Positions 52,140-64,000 of a stretch of 64,000 nt of DNA are shown here, in pieces. The notes beneath the pieces are model-generated. The model searched no databases. It was given only the letters and a program-made list of their open reading frames with translations, and had not been told where the DNA came from. Numbering within the stretch: the stretch's first letter is position 1; the number at the start of each line of letters is the position of its first letter. Made by a program: the position numbers and the translations under genes. Source of the stretch: Mobula hypostoma (taxonomy: Eukaryota); NCBI RefSeq assembly GCF_963921235.1, contig NC_086097.1, positions 75,146,001-75,210,000 on the forward strand, read 5' to 3'.

Positions 52140-52790
52140 GAGCAATTTTAAATTCCTCGGTGCCATCATTTAGCAGGACCTGTCCTGTGCCACCACAAAA
52201 GTGCAATTGCGAAGAAAGCATGGCAGTGCCTCTACTTCCTTAGGAGTTTGCAAAGATTTGGCATCACATCTAAAACATTAACAAACTTCTATAGATTTGT
52301 GGTGGAGAGTATATTGACTGGTTGGATTACAGCCTGATTTGGAAATACCAATGATGCTGAACATAAAAACCTACAAAAAGTAGTGGATATAGCTCAGTCC
52401 ATCATGGGTAAAGCCCTCCCCACCATTGAGCACACCTACAGGGAGCAGTATTGCAGGAAAGCAGCATTCATCATCAGGGACCCTTGCCACCCAAGTCATG
52501 CTCTCTTCACACTGCTGCCATCAGGAAGAAGGTACAGGAGCCTCAGGACACACAGAACCAGGTTCAGGAACAGTTGTTATCCCTCAACCATCAGGCTCCT
52601 GAGCCAAAGGGGATAACTTCACTCAACTTCATTTGTCCCATTACTGAACTGTTCCCATAGTCAATGGATCACTTTCAAGGACTCTTCATCTCATGTTTGT
52701 GATAGTTATTGCTTATTTATTTATTATTCTTTCTTTCTTTTATTCTGCACAATTTGTTGGTTTTTGCACACCGTTTGATTGCCCAAGTTG
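52140..52790 (+). mobile_element. Rex1/Babar family A fragment, tail missing
   Basis: MDIAQSIMGKALPTIEH..RFRNSCYPSTIRLL. Confidence 0.88.
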
Positions 52791-53989
52791 TCCATGAACA
52801 TTTATTCCGACCACATAGTTGATGCAGTGTTGACCATCTGTGTGGTATAGTGGAGTGGACAGATACTTGGAACGGGTAACTATAGTAGAAGAAATTGCAG
52901 CCTTAGTTTATCTAATAACTGGATATTACTGTATGTTGTTAATTGGAGATAATAAAAACATACAAAGTGGGAAAGAGATAAGTAGAACCTCTGAAAATGA
53001 GTTATTTTGTAGCAAACAAGGTGCTAAGAGATTCAAATCATAATTGCTACCATTACAGTGTAGTAAGTTTAGTGGATAGCTGCATTGTAAATATTGACTA
53101 AATAATCTATTATGGAAATATTGCAGGAATACATGCATATATGAAGTGTTTAATACTCGTTTGCTTTCTGCACTGACAGCATTTATTTTGTTTGTCTGAA
53201 CTCAAGAATACTGAAAGTGTTGTTCTTCAGATAAGTTTAAAGCATTAAGTGAGTGGACCAAATATTTAAAACAAGACGGAAGATCAAGAGTTTAAAGTGG
53301 AAGGTGACTGGATGATGAGTGTTAGAACATAGAACAGTACAGCAACAGCTGATTTTTTAACATGAGCTATTAAATTATATTGAAGAACAAATAGCATGTA
53401 ATAGAACAAATATTATTAACTAGACTTTAATAGCTGATAGAACATCATCATCACTGAACTTTATATTAGTGTGGTTTGTTTTGAGAATGACAGGGAATGT
53501 GATATGTTGCTGCTGCAGCACATGGAATTCTCTGAAGATGTGGGAATGACACCAGTCACATCTACAGAAAATGTTGACATCATGAAGAACTTTGCTTTGA
53601 ACTGATGAACAGGAGCCACAAATATTATAATATACAGAAGGAAGAACATTAACTTGACAGTTCAAGTTATTGTGACTGCCTCCTTGAATGAAAAGAGCTT
53701 TACATTTAGTCAGTGATCAGGCATGAGAGAGGTATGCCAATAAATCACAGGGTGCCCAGGATGTTGTGATGGAGTCATCACAGGTTTGGCACATGTCTAA
53801 TAGCGCTGAAGGAAGATGTATAAACTAACATCATCACCATGGTAAAGAGGGGCAATCAAAAGTGGCAAGTGAAAATGAAAATGACAGAGATATGAGATAA
53901 CATAAAGGGGATTAACACTGTTTCCTGCAGTTGTAAGCTTGAGTCCAAAAAATTGTGTTGATTGTTGAGTGACTGATCTGAGGACCTCT

Positions 53990-56365
53990 TCTGTAAGCCT
54001 AAGGGGAATGTAGGAGTGTTAGGGAAAATCCAATTGTCATGGTCTATGCAGTAACACACAAGAAAGGCTATCTGCTGAGGAGTTGAAGGCCTTCTGCTAT
54101 TACTTCATAAACGGAATCACAAAAGTAATAATCTTTGGATTCCTAACACAGTGCAAATTGACATAGGGTCATATAAATCACAGGCATATTGAATGCATGA
54201 CTCCAACACAGGTGTAAGAGAAAATGCTATTCATGGGGCATCTGTATGAGAAGAGAGAGTTGTTTGGTTAGGTTGGACTTCAGTTCAATCAGAGTAGGAT
54301 CAGTGCCCTGACAAAGAGTAACTCTTTGGGGTTTTAGACCAAGGAGCCGAAACGTTCGAGTGAGAGAAAGTTTAGCAAATGAAAGAGGAAAGGTGAGGTA
54401 ACAGTGCGGTGTCGTGATACTGGCCACAATATACACAATGTGACAGGAAGGTATATTGCACAAAGAAGAGGAAATTATAATAAGGTAAAAATAGTTCTAA
54501 ACTGAATACATAAATTATTTATAACAAAATAGGTGAAAGCATGGCACAAATCAAGATTAATAGATCTCATCATACAGCTATCTTAGAGATCAGTCTAAAA
54601 GGTGACCAACATTGGGAACTGAACATTCTACAGTGCAAATAAGGTGCGAGGAAAATGCCAACAAAAGATTATGTTACATCTTCAGTATATTGAGGGAAAA
54701 TCTTGGCTCAAAAGATAAACAAAAGAAGCAAAGTACTTCAGACGCTGAAAATCTGAAATAAAAGTAGAAAATGCTGGAAATAGTCATCGGGTCAAATTAA
54801 ATAAATGGAAAAAAAACAAAGGTAACATTTCTGATCAATGGCCAGAAACTTATCAGCCTCAGATGTTAACTCCGTTTCTCTATCCACAAATGGAAAATAA
54901 TGCACTAGAAACAGTAGCTCTGTTTTATCTCCACATGTGCTGCCTGATCTATTTGTTATTTTAGCAGTTTCTGCTAAATCTAACAGTTGCTATTTGTTGG
55001 GATGGAGTATCAGTCAAGAAGTGGTATAAAATAAAAGAAATTCAATAATAGGGAGGGAGGGAATTTTAATATTCATATAAACTGTGCAAATCAAATTGAT
55101 GAAAGTAGTCTTTTGGATCAATTCATGAATGCATTTGAAATGGTTTTCTAGGAGAATACATAATGGTTCCAAGCAGGGAACAAATCATTTTTGATCCGGC
55201 CATGAGTAATGAGAAAAAATTAATTAGTAATGCCAAGTAAAAGGCCCTCTTGGGAAGAGAGATCATAGTAAATTAAAATTTCACATCTGAGGAACAAACA
55301 TAGTCCAAAAGCTAGAGTCTTAAACTTCAATAAACCGTACGTGTGTGGAGGATGTGTTGGCAAATAAAAGTGGAAATTAGTTTTTAAAAATATGAAGGTT
55401 GTTATGAAGTAGAAGATATTCAAAGAAATATTTCATTATTTTCAATCCGTATTCATTCCAATGAGATATGGAGTCCCCAGGTAAATAAGGGACTACCATC
55501 TTAGATAAAGGATAACTTCGCTGGTGATACGTCGATAGGCAGAACATATGGATGGGATCAGAAGTCAGCAAAGGTTAACTAAGTGGACAGAAAGTTAGCA
55601 GGTGGAGTGTAAACAGGGAAAATGTGAAATCATCCACTTTGTTATGAATAATGGAAAAAAAAACTGAATTTTGTTTGAACTGTTTGAGGCAGGAAAATGT
55701 TTTATTTTAGAGAAAACTGGCTGCATTTGTACAGGATAAATAGAAAACTAGAATGCAAATATAGCAAATGAAAAGGGGCTGGTGTATCAGCAGAAGGAGA
55801 AACTGATCGTGTTTAGTTGGAATCACATATAGAGTGTTATCTCCTGTTAGGTCTACTTGTTTAAGGAAGGTTACTCTTGCTCTAGAAGTGCAGAGAGAGA
55901 GATCACTAGTTTGATTCTTTGAAATAGGTTGTTGTTATATAAGAAATCAATTTAACAGTATGGGCCTATACTCACTTAAATTTAAAATAATGTGAGGTGA
56001 AACTTGTAAGATTCCAAGGGAGCTTCACTGGGTAGATGCTGAGAAAATATTTCCGCTTATGAGAAAGCCTAGAACTGGGGGCATAGATTCCTGATAAAGA
56101 GTTCGCTGTTTAAGACTGACATAATGAGCAACTACTTCTCTCAGGGGGATGTGAATCTTTGGACCAGTTACGCTGGAGAATTGTGTGCGTGGCGCTGTTA
56201 AGTTTATTCATCTCTGTAAAAAAAGGAAACATGGATGTAAGGGAAATCAAATTTTATAGGAATGAGCAGGAGCATGTTGAGGCCATCAACTGGATCAGCC
56301 TTCACTTCAATAAATAGCAAAGCAACCTGAAGGCCTTTCTGTTCGTATTTTCTACATTCCTACAA
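53990..56365 (+). mobile_element. ancient, internally deleted CR1 spanning the ORF1 esterase region, ORF2 endonuclease start and RT end
   Basis: Degenerate ENPIVMV..KVIIFGFL..LNA (ORF1-like), NKIGE..AQI..GDQHWELNI (EN start), KCEIIHF, and the RTGG..FFSQ 3' region; PLE-derived bits at 54720-54980. Confidence 0.55.
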
Positions 56366-57069
56366 GCAGCTGAAATTCCAGGAAATTGTAACTATACGTA
56401 ACTACTGTACTGGATTTTTAAAAAGTACAGCCTTTCAGTAATCCGTGTCACAGAGCTATAGCAGAGATTTGGCATTGATGAAGGATGCAAATGAGTTTAA
56501 TCTTGGCTGAAGCTTATATTTGTTTGGCTCCCACAGGTTTTTCCCTGCTGGACACATAGTGAATTTTATATTTAATTCCCATGGAGGAGATCGAATTTGT
56601 TTATCTATCTGGTGTTAATAAGAAAAACACAAAGGCAAATATTGCTGCAAACAGGTGTGTAACAGGTGCAAGAGGCTCCGAGTCTGTGCTTACTTCTTCC
56701 ATGGCTGCAGATTTGTGGTCAGCTGCGAGATTATGCCTTATGTTAGGTCACAGTTAGGCCACAAACATTGCACAATTCTCTGGGATGTACCATACTTTCC
56801 TGTTACCTTTCCATTATGCATTCATTTGGAAAAAGGGAAATGCCAAGGGGAGAAAGCTTAATTACCATTTTTTTTTCATTAATTGCAATGTTACCAACGT
56901 TATTCTTAAGTGCACATTTTATGAGGCAGCTGTCTCCCATTTAATTTTTTTTTAAGAAATGGTGTTGGGCCCTAAATCATTACTTTTTGGGTCAGTTGTT
57001 TTTCATCAGGAATACTTGTAATATTTGGATGAAGGTGTACAAAAGGAAAGAAGGCGTTTTGGATAGATT

Positions 57070-57130
57070 TACTTACTTGCTTACTGCCCGTGACACCACT
57101 GGCACTTAGCGCAGCAATGAAGGTATATCA
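57070..57130 (-). mobile_element. 61-bp 3' end of an RTE-like LINE
   Basis: (AAGT)n-like tail; 8-bp direct repeat GATAGATT at 57062-57069 and 57131-57138. Confidence 0.6.
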
Positions 57131-57549
57131 GATAGATTAGAGCCATAACATGGCTCTCCTCCCAGGACACCGAAAAAACTCGGCGGATCGATCTGAAAGC
57201 CTAGTTCAGATAAACTGCAGGTAGAAGTTTTAGAAGTAAAAAAAGTTGATCACATGCCAGCTACAGGCCTAACTGCCTGATTTTAGTCTTTTGATTATTC
57301 CTCATGCACTTCACATCTCAGCATCTTATATTATCGTAAATCACTTACAGTATATTCATTTTTCTTATTGACTTCATGATGTTTCCATTGATCTGCAGTG
57401 TTCAATTAAATAAACCTCAAACCAGGTTCCTGAAATTTATACTTAATTGGAACATAAAGGCAATTGATTTGAGAACAATATCCTGATAGACAATCAGCCC
57501 CAAAAATCTCTGGACAATAAGTCCCCATAAGCATTTCCATGTTGAATCA

Positions 57550-57998
57550 TAATCAGAGTCAGATTTATTATCACGGACTTATGTTGTGCAATTTGTTTTC
57601 TTGTGGCAGCAAGGTTACAATATGAAATCTAAAATTAAGTTAATAGTGCAAAAAGAGAGGCACATAGCGAGACAGTGTTGATGGATTGATGGACTGATCA
57701 TAAAACTGATGGTAGAGGGGATGACGCTACAATATTGAGTGTGTATCTTCAGGCACATGTTCCTCCTCCCTGATGGTAGTAATGAGAAGAGGGCATGTTC
57801 TGGATGGTAAGGGTCCTTAATGATAGATGCCGCCTTCCTGGGGCACTGCCTTGTAAAAATATCCTCGATGGTAGTCGGGCTCATGCCCATGATACAGCTG
57901 GCTGTGTCTTCAACCCTCTGCAGCTTTTCCAATCCTGTGCATTGGAGCCCCCACACCAGGTGGTGACGCAGCTACTCAGAATGCTTGCTGTTGTGCAT
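57550..57998 (-). mobile_element. Rex1/Babar family C 3' fragment
   Basis: KAASIIKDPYHPEHALFSLLPSGRR; AATCAGAGTCAGATTTATTATCA tail. Confidence 0.85.
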
Positions 57999-58034
57999 TT
58001 AATACTTAGGTAATGTTTCAGTGATCTTGTTTGT

Positions 58035-58808
58035 GTAATCCCTCTGTGATAACTTGGTCCATTCATCCATCCTCATTAATCTCCCTTCAGGCACTTATCC
58101 CTGCAAGCGGCCTATGTGCTAGACTTGCACATGCACCTCCCTTCAGGACCTCAAACAGTCCTTCCAGGTGTGACAACACTTCACCAGCAAATCTGATGGG
58201 GTCATCTATTGTGCCTTGTTCTCCTGATGTGGCCTCCTCTACATCGGTGACTTCCTGGAGGCCAAACTTTTAAATTCCCACTCCCATCCCCATTCCAATG
58301 CATTAGTCTATGCCCTCCTCTTGTGCCAAGATGAGACCACACTCAGGGTGGAGGAGCAACACCTTATACTCTGTCTGGGTACCCTGCAACCTGATGGCAT
58401 AAATATCGATTTCGCCTTCTAGTGAACAATTTCCACCACCCTCATCTTCCTCTATTCCCACTCATACCTTTCACTTCTTCTCACCTGCCTATTACTTCCC
58501 CCTGGGTCCCCTCCTCCTTCCCTTTCTTCTATGGTCCATTCTCATCTCCTATCAGATCCTTTCTTCTCCAGCCCTTGACCCTTCCCACCTACCTGGCTTC
58601 ACCTATCACCTTCTAGTTAGCCTCTTTTCCCTCCCCCCACCTTTTTATTCTGGCCTCTTCTCCCTTCCTTCTCAGTCCTGTGAAGAGTCATGACCTGAAA
58701 TTTCGACTGTTAATTCTTTTCTATAGATGCTGTCTGACCTTCTGAGTTCCTCCAGCATTTTGCGTGTGTTGCTTGAGATTTCCAGCATCTGCACACTTTC
58801 TCTTGTTT
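58035..58808 (+). mobile_element. Penelope-like element 3' fragment (GIY-YIG remnant plus terminal repeat region)
   Basis: GTYPCKR, GVIYC..CGLLYIG, LRVEEQHLILCLGTLQPDGINIDF; similar to 63031-63930. Confidence 0.85.
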
Positions 58809-60111
58809 ATAATCTTGTATTGGTTGATTAAGTATTCTTGTTTGTTTAAATAATTCATTACAGTTTATAGATATAAATACATGAATTGCATACCTCATCA
58901 CATTACCATATGATACATGCACGCCTCGCTTAAAGTAAACACAAAACCAGACCCACATTTTCAGATTCCCGTATCTTCCTTTGACTTAGTTTAATGTTCG
59001 GAAGTTACAAAACATAGCAGTGGTGATAAGATACTTTAAAACAAACCTGAGATGGCTATTGACCTGTTGTAGCACAGCAAGATGTTTGAAAAAAAAAATG
59101 CAGTGATTAACGGCGAGTGAATACGCTGTCCAGCATGTGCAGAGATGCGTGAGTTAAAAAAAAGACAATAAACAGAGGAATTCACAGGTTCATAAAGAGT
59201 GAGTACCAGGTAATATTAATCATAAAAGAAGCTGAAATAGCTGGCTATGCGGGAAATATTCACATGTTTAATTCCACAAAAGACAACTGAAATATGTATG
59301 CTGAGCTAATTCAATAATATTTTGAAACAAATGACATGGCCAATGAGAAACGAGTACCACTTGTTCTAAGTGCGTTGGGTTTAAAGGCATACAATTTGCT
59401 TTGAAGTTTAACTGCTTCAACCATACAAATCGAAATGAGCTTTGTTGATATTATCAAAGTAATGCAGGAACATTTAGAATCAAAGCCATTGTTGATTGCT
59501 TTCACCTGCATAACTGGAATCAAAAAGAGAAGGAGCCCATTTCAGCATACATTGCTGAATTGAAGAGATTATCGGAGCATTGTCAGTTTTGTAATGGGCT
59601 TAATGATACACTGAAAGCATAATATGCATTTAAATAAGCAGTTGAAATCACCGTTTCAATGGAGAACACAGATGGAGACGCAATTGACGCAGTCAGGAGC
59701 GAAAGTGAACTTGAACAAAATTGCAGCATTTAGACAGAGACCTATCTCCTAGTTGAACAAGTTGTGTTACTGTTGTGGCAAGGGCTCACATACTTCAGAC
59801 GAATGCAGGTTTAAGGACAAAATCTGCAGAAAATGCAACAAAATAGAACAAATACAAGGAGCATGCTGGACAGACAAAAATAAATCGACTGCTCAGGGAA
59901 GAGAAAAAGCTAAAATGTCACTAGTCTGCATGCAGTTGATGAAAGCTCTGAGAAAGATGAGAGTGACACAGGACTGGTAGGCTTGAGAATTACAATGTGA
60001 AAATTAACAACAGACAAGCAATTATGGTGAATGCCAGAAGTGAACGGCAAATTAATCAAAATGGAATTGGGTACTTAACTCAGCTGTTTCAGTCACTCCA
60101 CAAAATGAGTT

Positions 60112-60638
60112 ACTAGGGTAGGTAATGGAAACAGAAGAGAGGAAATTGTGCGGACTAGGTTAAGGCTGGGGCATTGTGCATTAAACAAAACATTGAAAAT
60201 GTTAGGGAAACACCAGACAGGATTGTGTGAGGAATGTCAGGAAGAGGAGTCAGTAGAACATGTAGTTTTGAGTTGCAGGAAGTACGGGATACAGAGAGAG
60301 ATGATGAGAAATAAATTAAGGGGGTTGGGGATGCAGGAATTCACATTAAAAGGGTTGCTGGGCATGGGTGAGAGAGCACAAGTCCGGGTATTTTTAGTGT
60401 TTTTAAGGGGTACAGGGGTTTTTATAGAATATGACGAATAAACAGGAATAGAATACTAGGATGGTCAAAGATGGGAGGGTGAAGTGTAGGTCTGTATATA
60501 TGTGTGTGTGTGCGCATGCACGCGATTGGGTGAAGGGATTTAGAATGTATGTCTAGTGCACATTCTGGAGCAGAGGGTGGCGGTAATGCACCATTAAGCT
60601 GGATGCCGACCGCTGTAAAACAAGATACAGACAGACAG
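60112..60638 (+). mobile_element. Nimb/I-group LINE 3' end nested in the Gypsy protease
   Basis: 17-bp TSD ACTCCACAAAATGAGTT at 60095-60111 and 60639-60655; TRLRLGH..CEEC..ESVEHVVLSC motif; (ACAG)n tail. Confidence 0.88.
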
Positions 60639-62079
60639 ACTCCACAAAATGAGTTTGAGAGGCATTTCAAGGATAGTGAACCGAATCCTGTAGATATCCA
60701 CATGAGAACTTATACTGGAGGAAATATAACTCCTCTGTGAATGACAATTGTAGCAGTGAATCACAGCAACCAACAAGCCACATTGAGCTTGTATGTGTTA
60801 ATAACAGAAGGACCAGCATTGTGGGGGTGTGATTGGAGATCCATCCACCATTTACACATCGCATCCATTGCAATGAAGCCATATGAAAATGAATGAAGAA
60901 AGATACTGGATGATGCCACAGTTGTGTTCAAGGATCCTGACAGATCCATTCTTCATTGGAAAACACAAACATATCACAGGTAAAGTTGTGTTAAATGAAA
61001 ATGCTGTATCCTAGTTTTGCAAAGCCCAGCTGGTTACTCATACCATCTGTGATAAAGTAACCAGTGAGCAAGATCGCATGGAGGCTGAAGGAATTCTTCC
61101 TAAGGTTGAGTGGAGCCCATGGGCAATGCCAGTGGTCCCAGCAGCCAAGAAGAATGGAACTGTCAGGATCTGTGGTGATTTTAAGGTCACCCAGTACTGA
61201 AAGTAGATCAATATTCTCTGCCCAGGACAGAGGATATCTTTGAATCCTTTCTGGAGCAAAACACTTCAGCTAAGTGGAATTAGCTGAGGCCTACTTGTAG
61301 ATGGAGATGGAAGAAGGGTCTCAAATCTTCCTCACCATAAACATTCAGAAAAGGTCTTTATTGCTATAATAGGCTTATTTTGGAGTAGTTTGGAGTTCTC
61401 TGGCAGAAAGATATGGACCAGGTACTACAAGGCTTCCCAGGCACTCTGTGATACTTGGGTGACATCATTGTTACTGGTGAGGACGAGAAGGAACATCCCC
61501 AAAATCTCAAAACAATGCTAAAAATATTAGCAGATTATGGGCTCAGAACATGATGCAACAAGTGTGAATGCTTTAAAGCAAGCATCACTTACTGTGGTCA
61601 CACGATTGACGCCTAATGTCTACACAAGTGTGCTGAGAAAATTCAAGCTGTGGCAGATGCTCCAAGGCCCAAGGAAGTGTCACAGTTGTAGTCCTTTTCA
61701 GGATTTCTCAACTACTATAACAGGTTCCTGGCAAACTTGGCTACTGGGCTCCACCTCTCGAACTCATTACTGCAGATCAGGAAGAAATGGCCATGGACAA
61801 AGCAGTGTGAGGTGGCTTTCAAAAGTGTAAAGGAAATGGAGATGCCAGACATTGTACTGACACATTATGATCCACATTGTCCAGTGAAGCTTGCCTGTGA
61901 TGCCTCATCTTACGGTTTCGGTGCAGTCATGTCACATGGTATGAGTGATGGAAGTGGACGCCCCACAGCCTTTGCATCATGTTCCCTTACTGCTGCAGAG
62001 AAAAATGATCACAGATTGACAGAGACGCCTTGAGTCATGTTTGAGGTGTAAAACATTTCAACCAGTACTTCTATGGGAG

Positions 62080-62426
62080 TGTTGCAAAGACGTGGCTGGG
62101 GACGAACCCAACTGCAGGACGCAGATGCTGAGGCAGAGTTGATAGGCGTGGCACCTCCGCGAACGGGGAGCCAATATCCAGGAGACGATGCGAAGCTTAG
62201 AACTAACAATTCTCAGGAATAGGAAACTAGATTTACTCTCACAAGAGTCGACCAACGAACTGGCAGCTTCTTGCTGTGGTCACAGGGTTTTTATCCTGCC
62301 GTTTGATGGGAAGCAGGTGCGTGTAGTTAGTGGTACTTGGGAATGATTGGAATCTAAATGAGGTGATCAAGGCCCAAATCTTGAGGCAAATAGCAAGGTG
62401 GGGGATTGTCAGATGGGACCATGACA
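62080..62426 (-). mobile_element. solo LTR, 347 bp, nested in the Gypsy RNase H
   Basis: TG...CA termini; perfect 5-bp TSD GGGAG at 62075-62079 and 62427-62431; removing it restores YFYGREFTLIADHQPL. Confidence 0.92.
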
Positions 62427-63030
62427 GGGAGAGAATTTACCCTCATTGCTGATCATCAGCCATTAGTGTCCATTTTCAACCCACAAAAGTGTGTTCCACT
62501 AATAGCAGCAGCACAGATGCAGAGCTGGGCTCGGTGTCTTGGAGGACACAGTTACAAGTTTGAATTCAAGAAGACGACTGATCATGGAAATGCTGATTGA
62601 TTGTGAAGTACCAGGAAAAATTACTAAAAAAGATACTCCTTTTGACGTAGTTTCTCTAACGCAAATCAAGAGTCTCCCTCTTATGGCAGAGATGATCCAA
62701 AGGGAAACCAGTAAAGACCTCACACTGTCTCGGGTCTCCATGGCCACCCAAAATAGCTGGAATGCGCAGCCGGAACTCCAGATCCCCTATTTTTACCTGT
62801 GCCGGGATGAACTTGCCTTTGACGGAGATTGCCTTATGTGGGGATTGAGTGCTGTTGTACCATAAAAGTTGAGATAAAGTGTTGGAGGAGCTACATGCCA
62901 GTCACCTAGGCATGGTCAAAATGAAAGTGTTAGCTCAAAGTTTTGTCTGGTGGCCTGGGATAGATCAGGAGGTTTGTCTAGAGTCTAAAGAATACATTGC
63001 AAGCAATGTCTACAGAACATACTACACTGA

Positions 63031-63930
63031 GCAACACATATAAAGTACTGGAGGAACTTAGTAGGCCAGGCAGCATCTATGGGAAAGAGTAAACAGTTGA
63101 CATTTCAGACCGAGACCCTTCATCAGGACTGGAAAAAAAGGTGAGGTCAGAGTAAGAAGGTAGGGGGAGGGGAGGAAGATGTACAATGCAGTAGGTGATA
63201 GATGAAATTGGGAGCAAGGGAGTGCGAAGTACAAAGCTGGGAAGTTGATTGGTGAAAGAGAAAATGGGCTGGAGCAGGGGGAATCTCATAGGAGAGGGTA
63301 GAAAACCACGGAAAGAAGAGAAGGGAGAGAAGCACCAGAGGGAGGTGGTGGGCAAGTGAGGGAGGGAAACAGGAATGGGGAATGGTAAAGATGTGTCGGG
63401 GGCCGATTACCGGAAGTTCGAAAAATTGAAGTTCTTGCCATCAGGTTGGAAGCTACCCAGACAGAATATGAGATGTTGGCTTTCCAACCTGAGTGCGGCC
63501 TCATTGCAGCACTGGAGGAGGCCTTGGACTGACATGTCAAAATGGGAATGAGAAGTAGAATTGAAATGGGTGGCCACGATCCCGCTTTTTCTGGTGGATG
63601 GAGCGTAGGTGCTCAGCGAAGCAGTCTCCCAATCTACGTCGGATCTCACTGATATACAGGAGGCCACATTGAGAGCACCAGATACAGCAGATGACCCCAA
63701 CAGACTCACCAGGTGAAGTGTTGCCTCACCTGGAAGGACCATTTGGGGCCGTGGTAGTGAGGGAGGAGGTGTAGGGGCAGGTGTGGCACTTGTTCTGCTT
63801 GCAAGGGTAAGTACCAGGAGGGAGATCAGTGAGGAGGGCTGAATGACAAGGGAGTCTGGTAGGGTACGATCCCTGTGGAAAGAAGGGCGGGGGAGGGAAG
63901 TATGTGCTTGGTGATGGAAGCCCATTGCAG
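63031..63930 (-). mobile_element. Penelope-like element (GIY-YIG endonuclease region plus terminal repeat), frameshifted
   Basis: GTYPCKQNKCHTCPY, CSQCGLLYISE..RRLGDCFAEHL, VATHFNS..H, RLESQHLIFCLGSFQPDG. Confidence 0.9.
63094..63131 (-). ncRNA. minimal type I hammerhead ribozyme-like motif in a Penelope-like element, partly decayed
   Basis: cagtc-CUGAUGA-agggucucggucu-GAAA-u-GUC-aacug on the - strand; second copy at 58673-58709 (+). Confidence 0.65.
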
Positions 63931-64000
63931 ATGGCGACTACCACTTTGTATTCCTTCCACTCCCACCCCACTTTCTTTCTCTAACTTCTTGTCCTTTTTT

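Larger units (their letters stand above)
58811..62970 (+). mobile_element. decayed Gypsy/Ty3 LTR retrotransposon (Mag/K02A2.6-like): LTR remnant, gag, PR, RT, RH, start of IN
   Basis: gag knuckle CYCCGKGSHTSDEC; PR VNGKLIKMEL; RT PVVP..KKNGTVRICGDFK and YLGDIIVTG; RH LACDASSYGFGAV and YGREFTLIADHQPL; IN LEELHASHLGMVKMK..WWPGID; PBS-like TGGTGA near 59021. The LTR may start at 57989, split by the Penelope-like element. Confidence 0.9.

Noticed and set aside
53420..53800. Possible Harbinger transposase relic or exon
   Set aside because: Only vague motif resemblance (VQVI), with no catalytic DDE motifs, TIRs or clear splice sites

Overview
Eukaryotic, vertebrate-type, AT-rich non-coding DNA; roughly half is transposable-element sequence. 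The repeat mix (CR1 with microsatellite tails, many Rex1/Babar LINEs, HE1/V-SINE-like remnants, Penelope-like elements) suggests a cartilaginous fish, which is an inference from family recognition. No host protein-coding gene, rRNA, tRNA gene or CRISPR can be supported, and nearly all listed ORFs are TE fragments, antisense shadows or noise. Best-supported features: a young 5'-truncated L1 with an open ORF2 and a perfect 15-bp TSD (179-3807, -); about ten CR1 and about 14 Rex1/Babar copies; two related solo LTRs; a decayed Gypsy provirus carrying nested Nimb/I-like, solo-LTR and Penelope-like insertions; a Tc1/mariner MITE; and Penelope-like elements with minimal hammerhead-ribozyme motifs. 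Most unusual: a non-coding ~690-bp retroelement with a YY1-motif head and a Rex-type tail, one copy of which is fused head-to-head to a Rex LINE with both tails pointing outward; two Rex-CR1 tail-to-head fusions; and a dense TGACA cluster (17917-18478) that looks like an enhancer. I found no convincing new protein-based system. Boundaries of old, decayed copies are approximate, and labels A-E for Rex families are my own, based on 3' tails.
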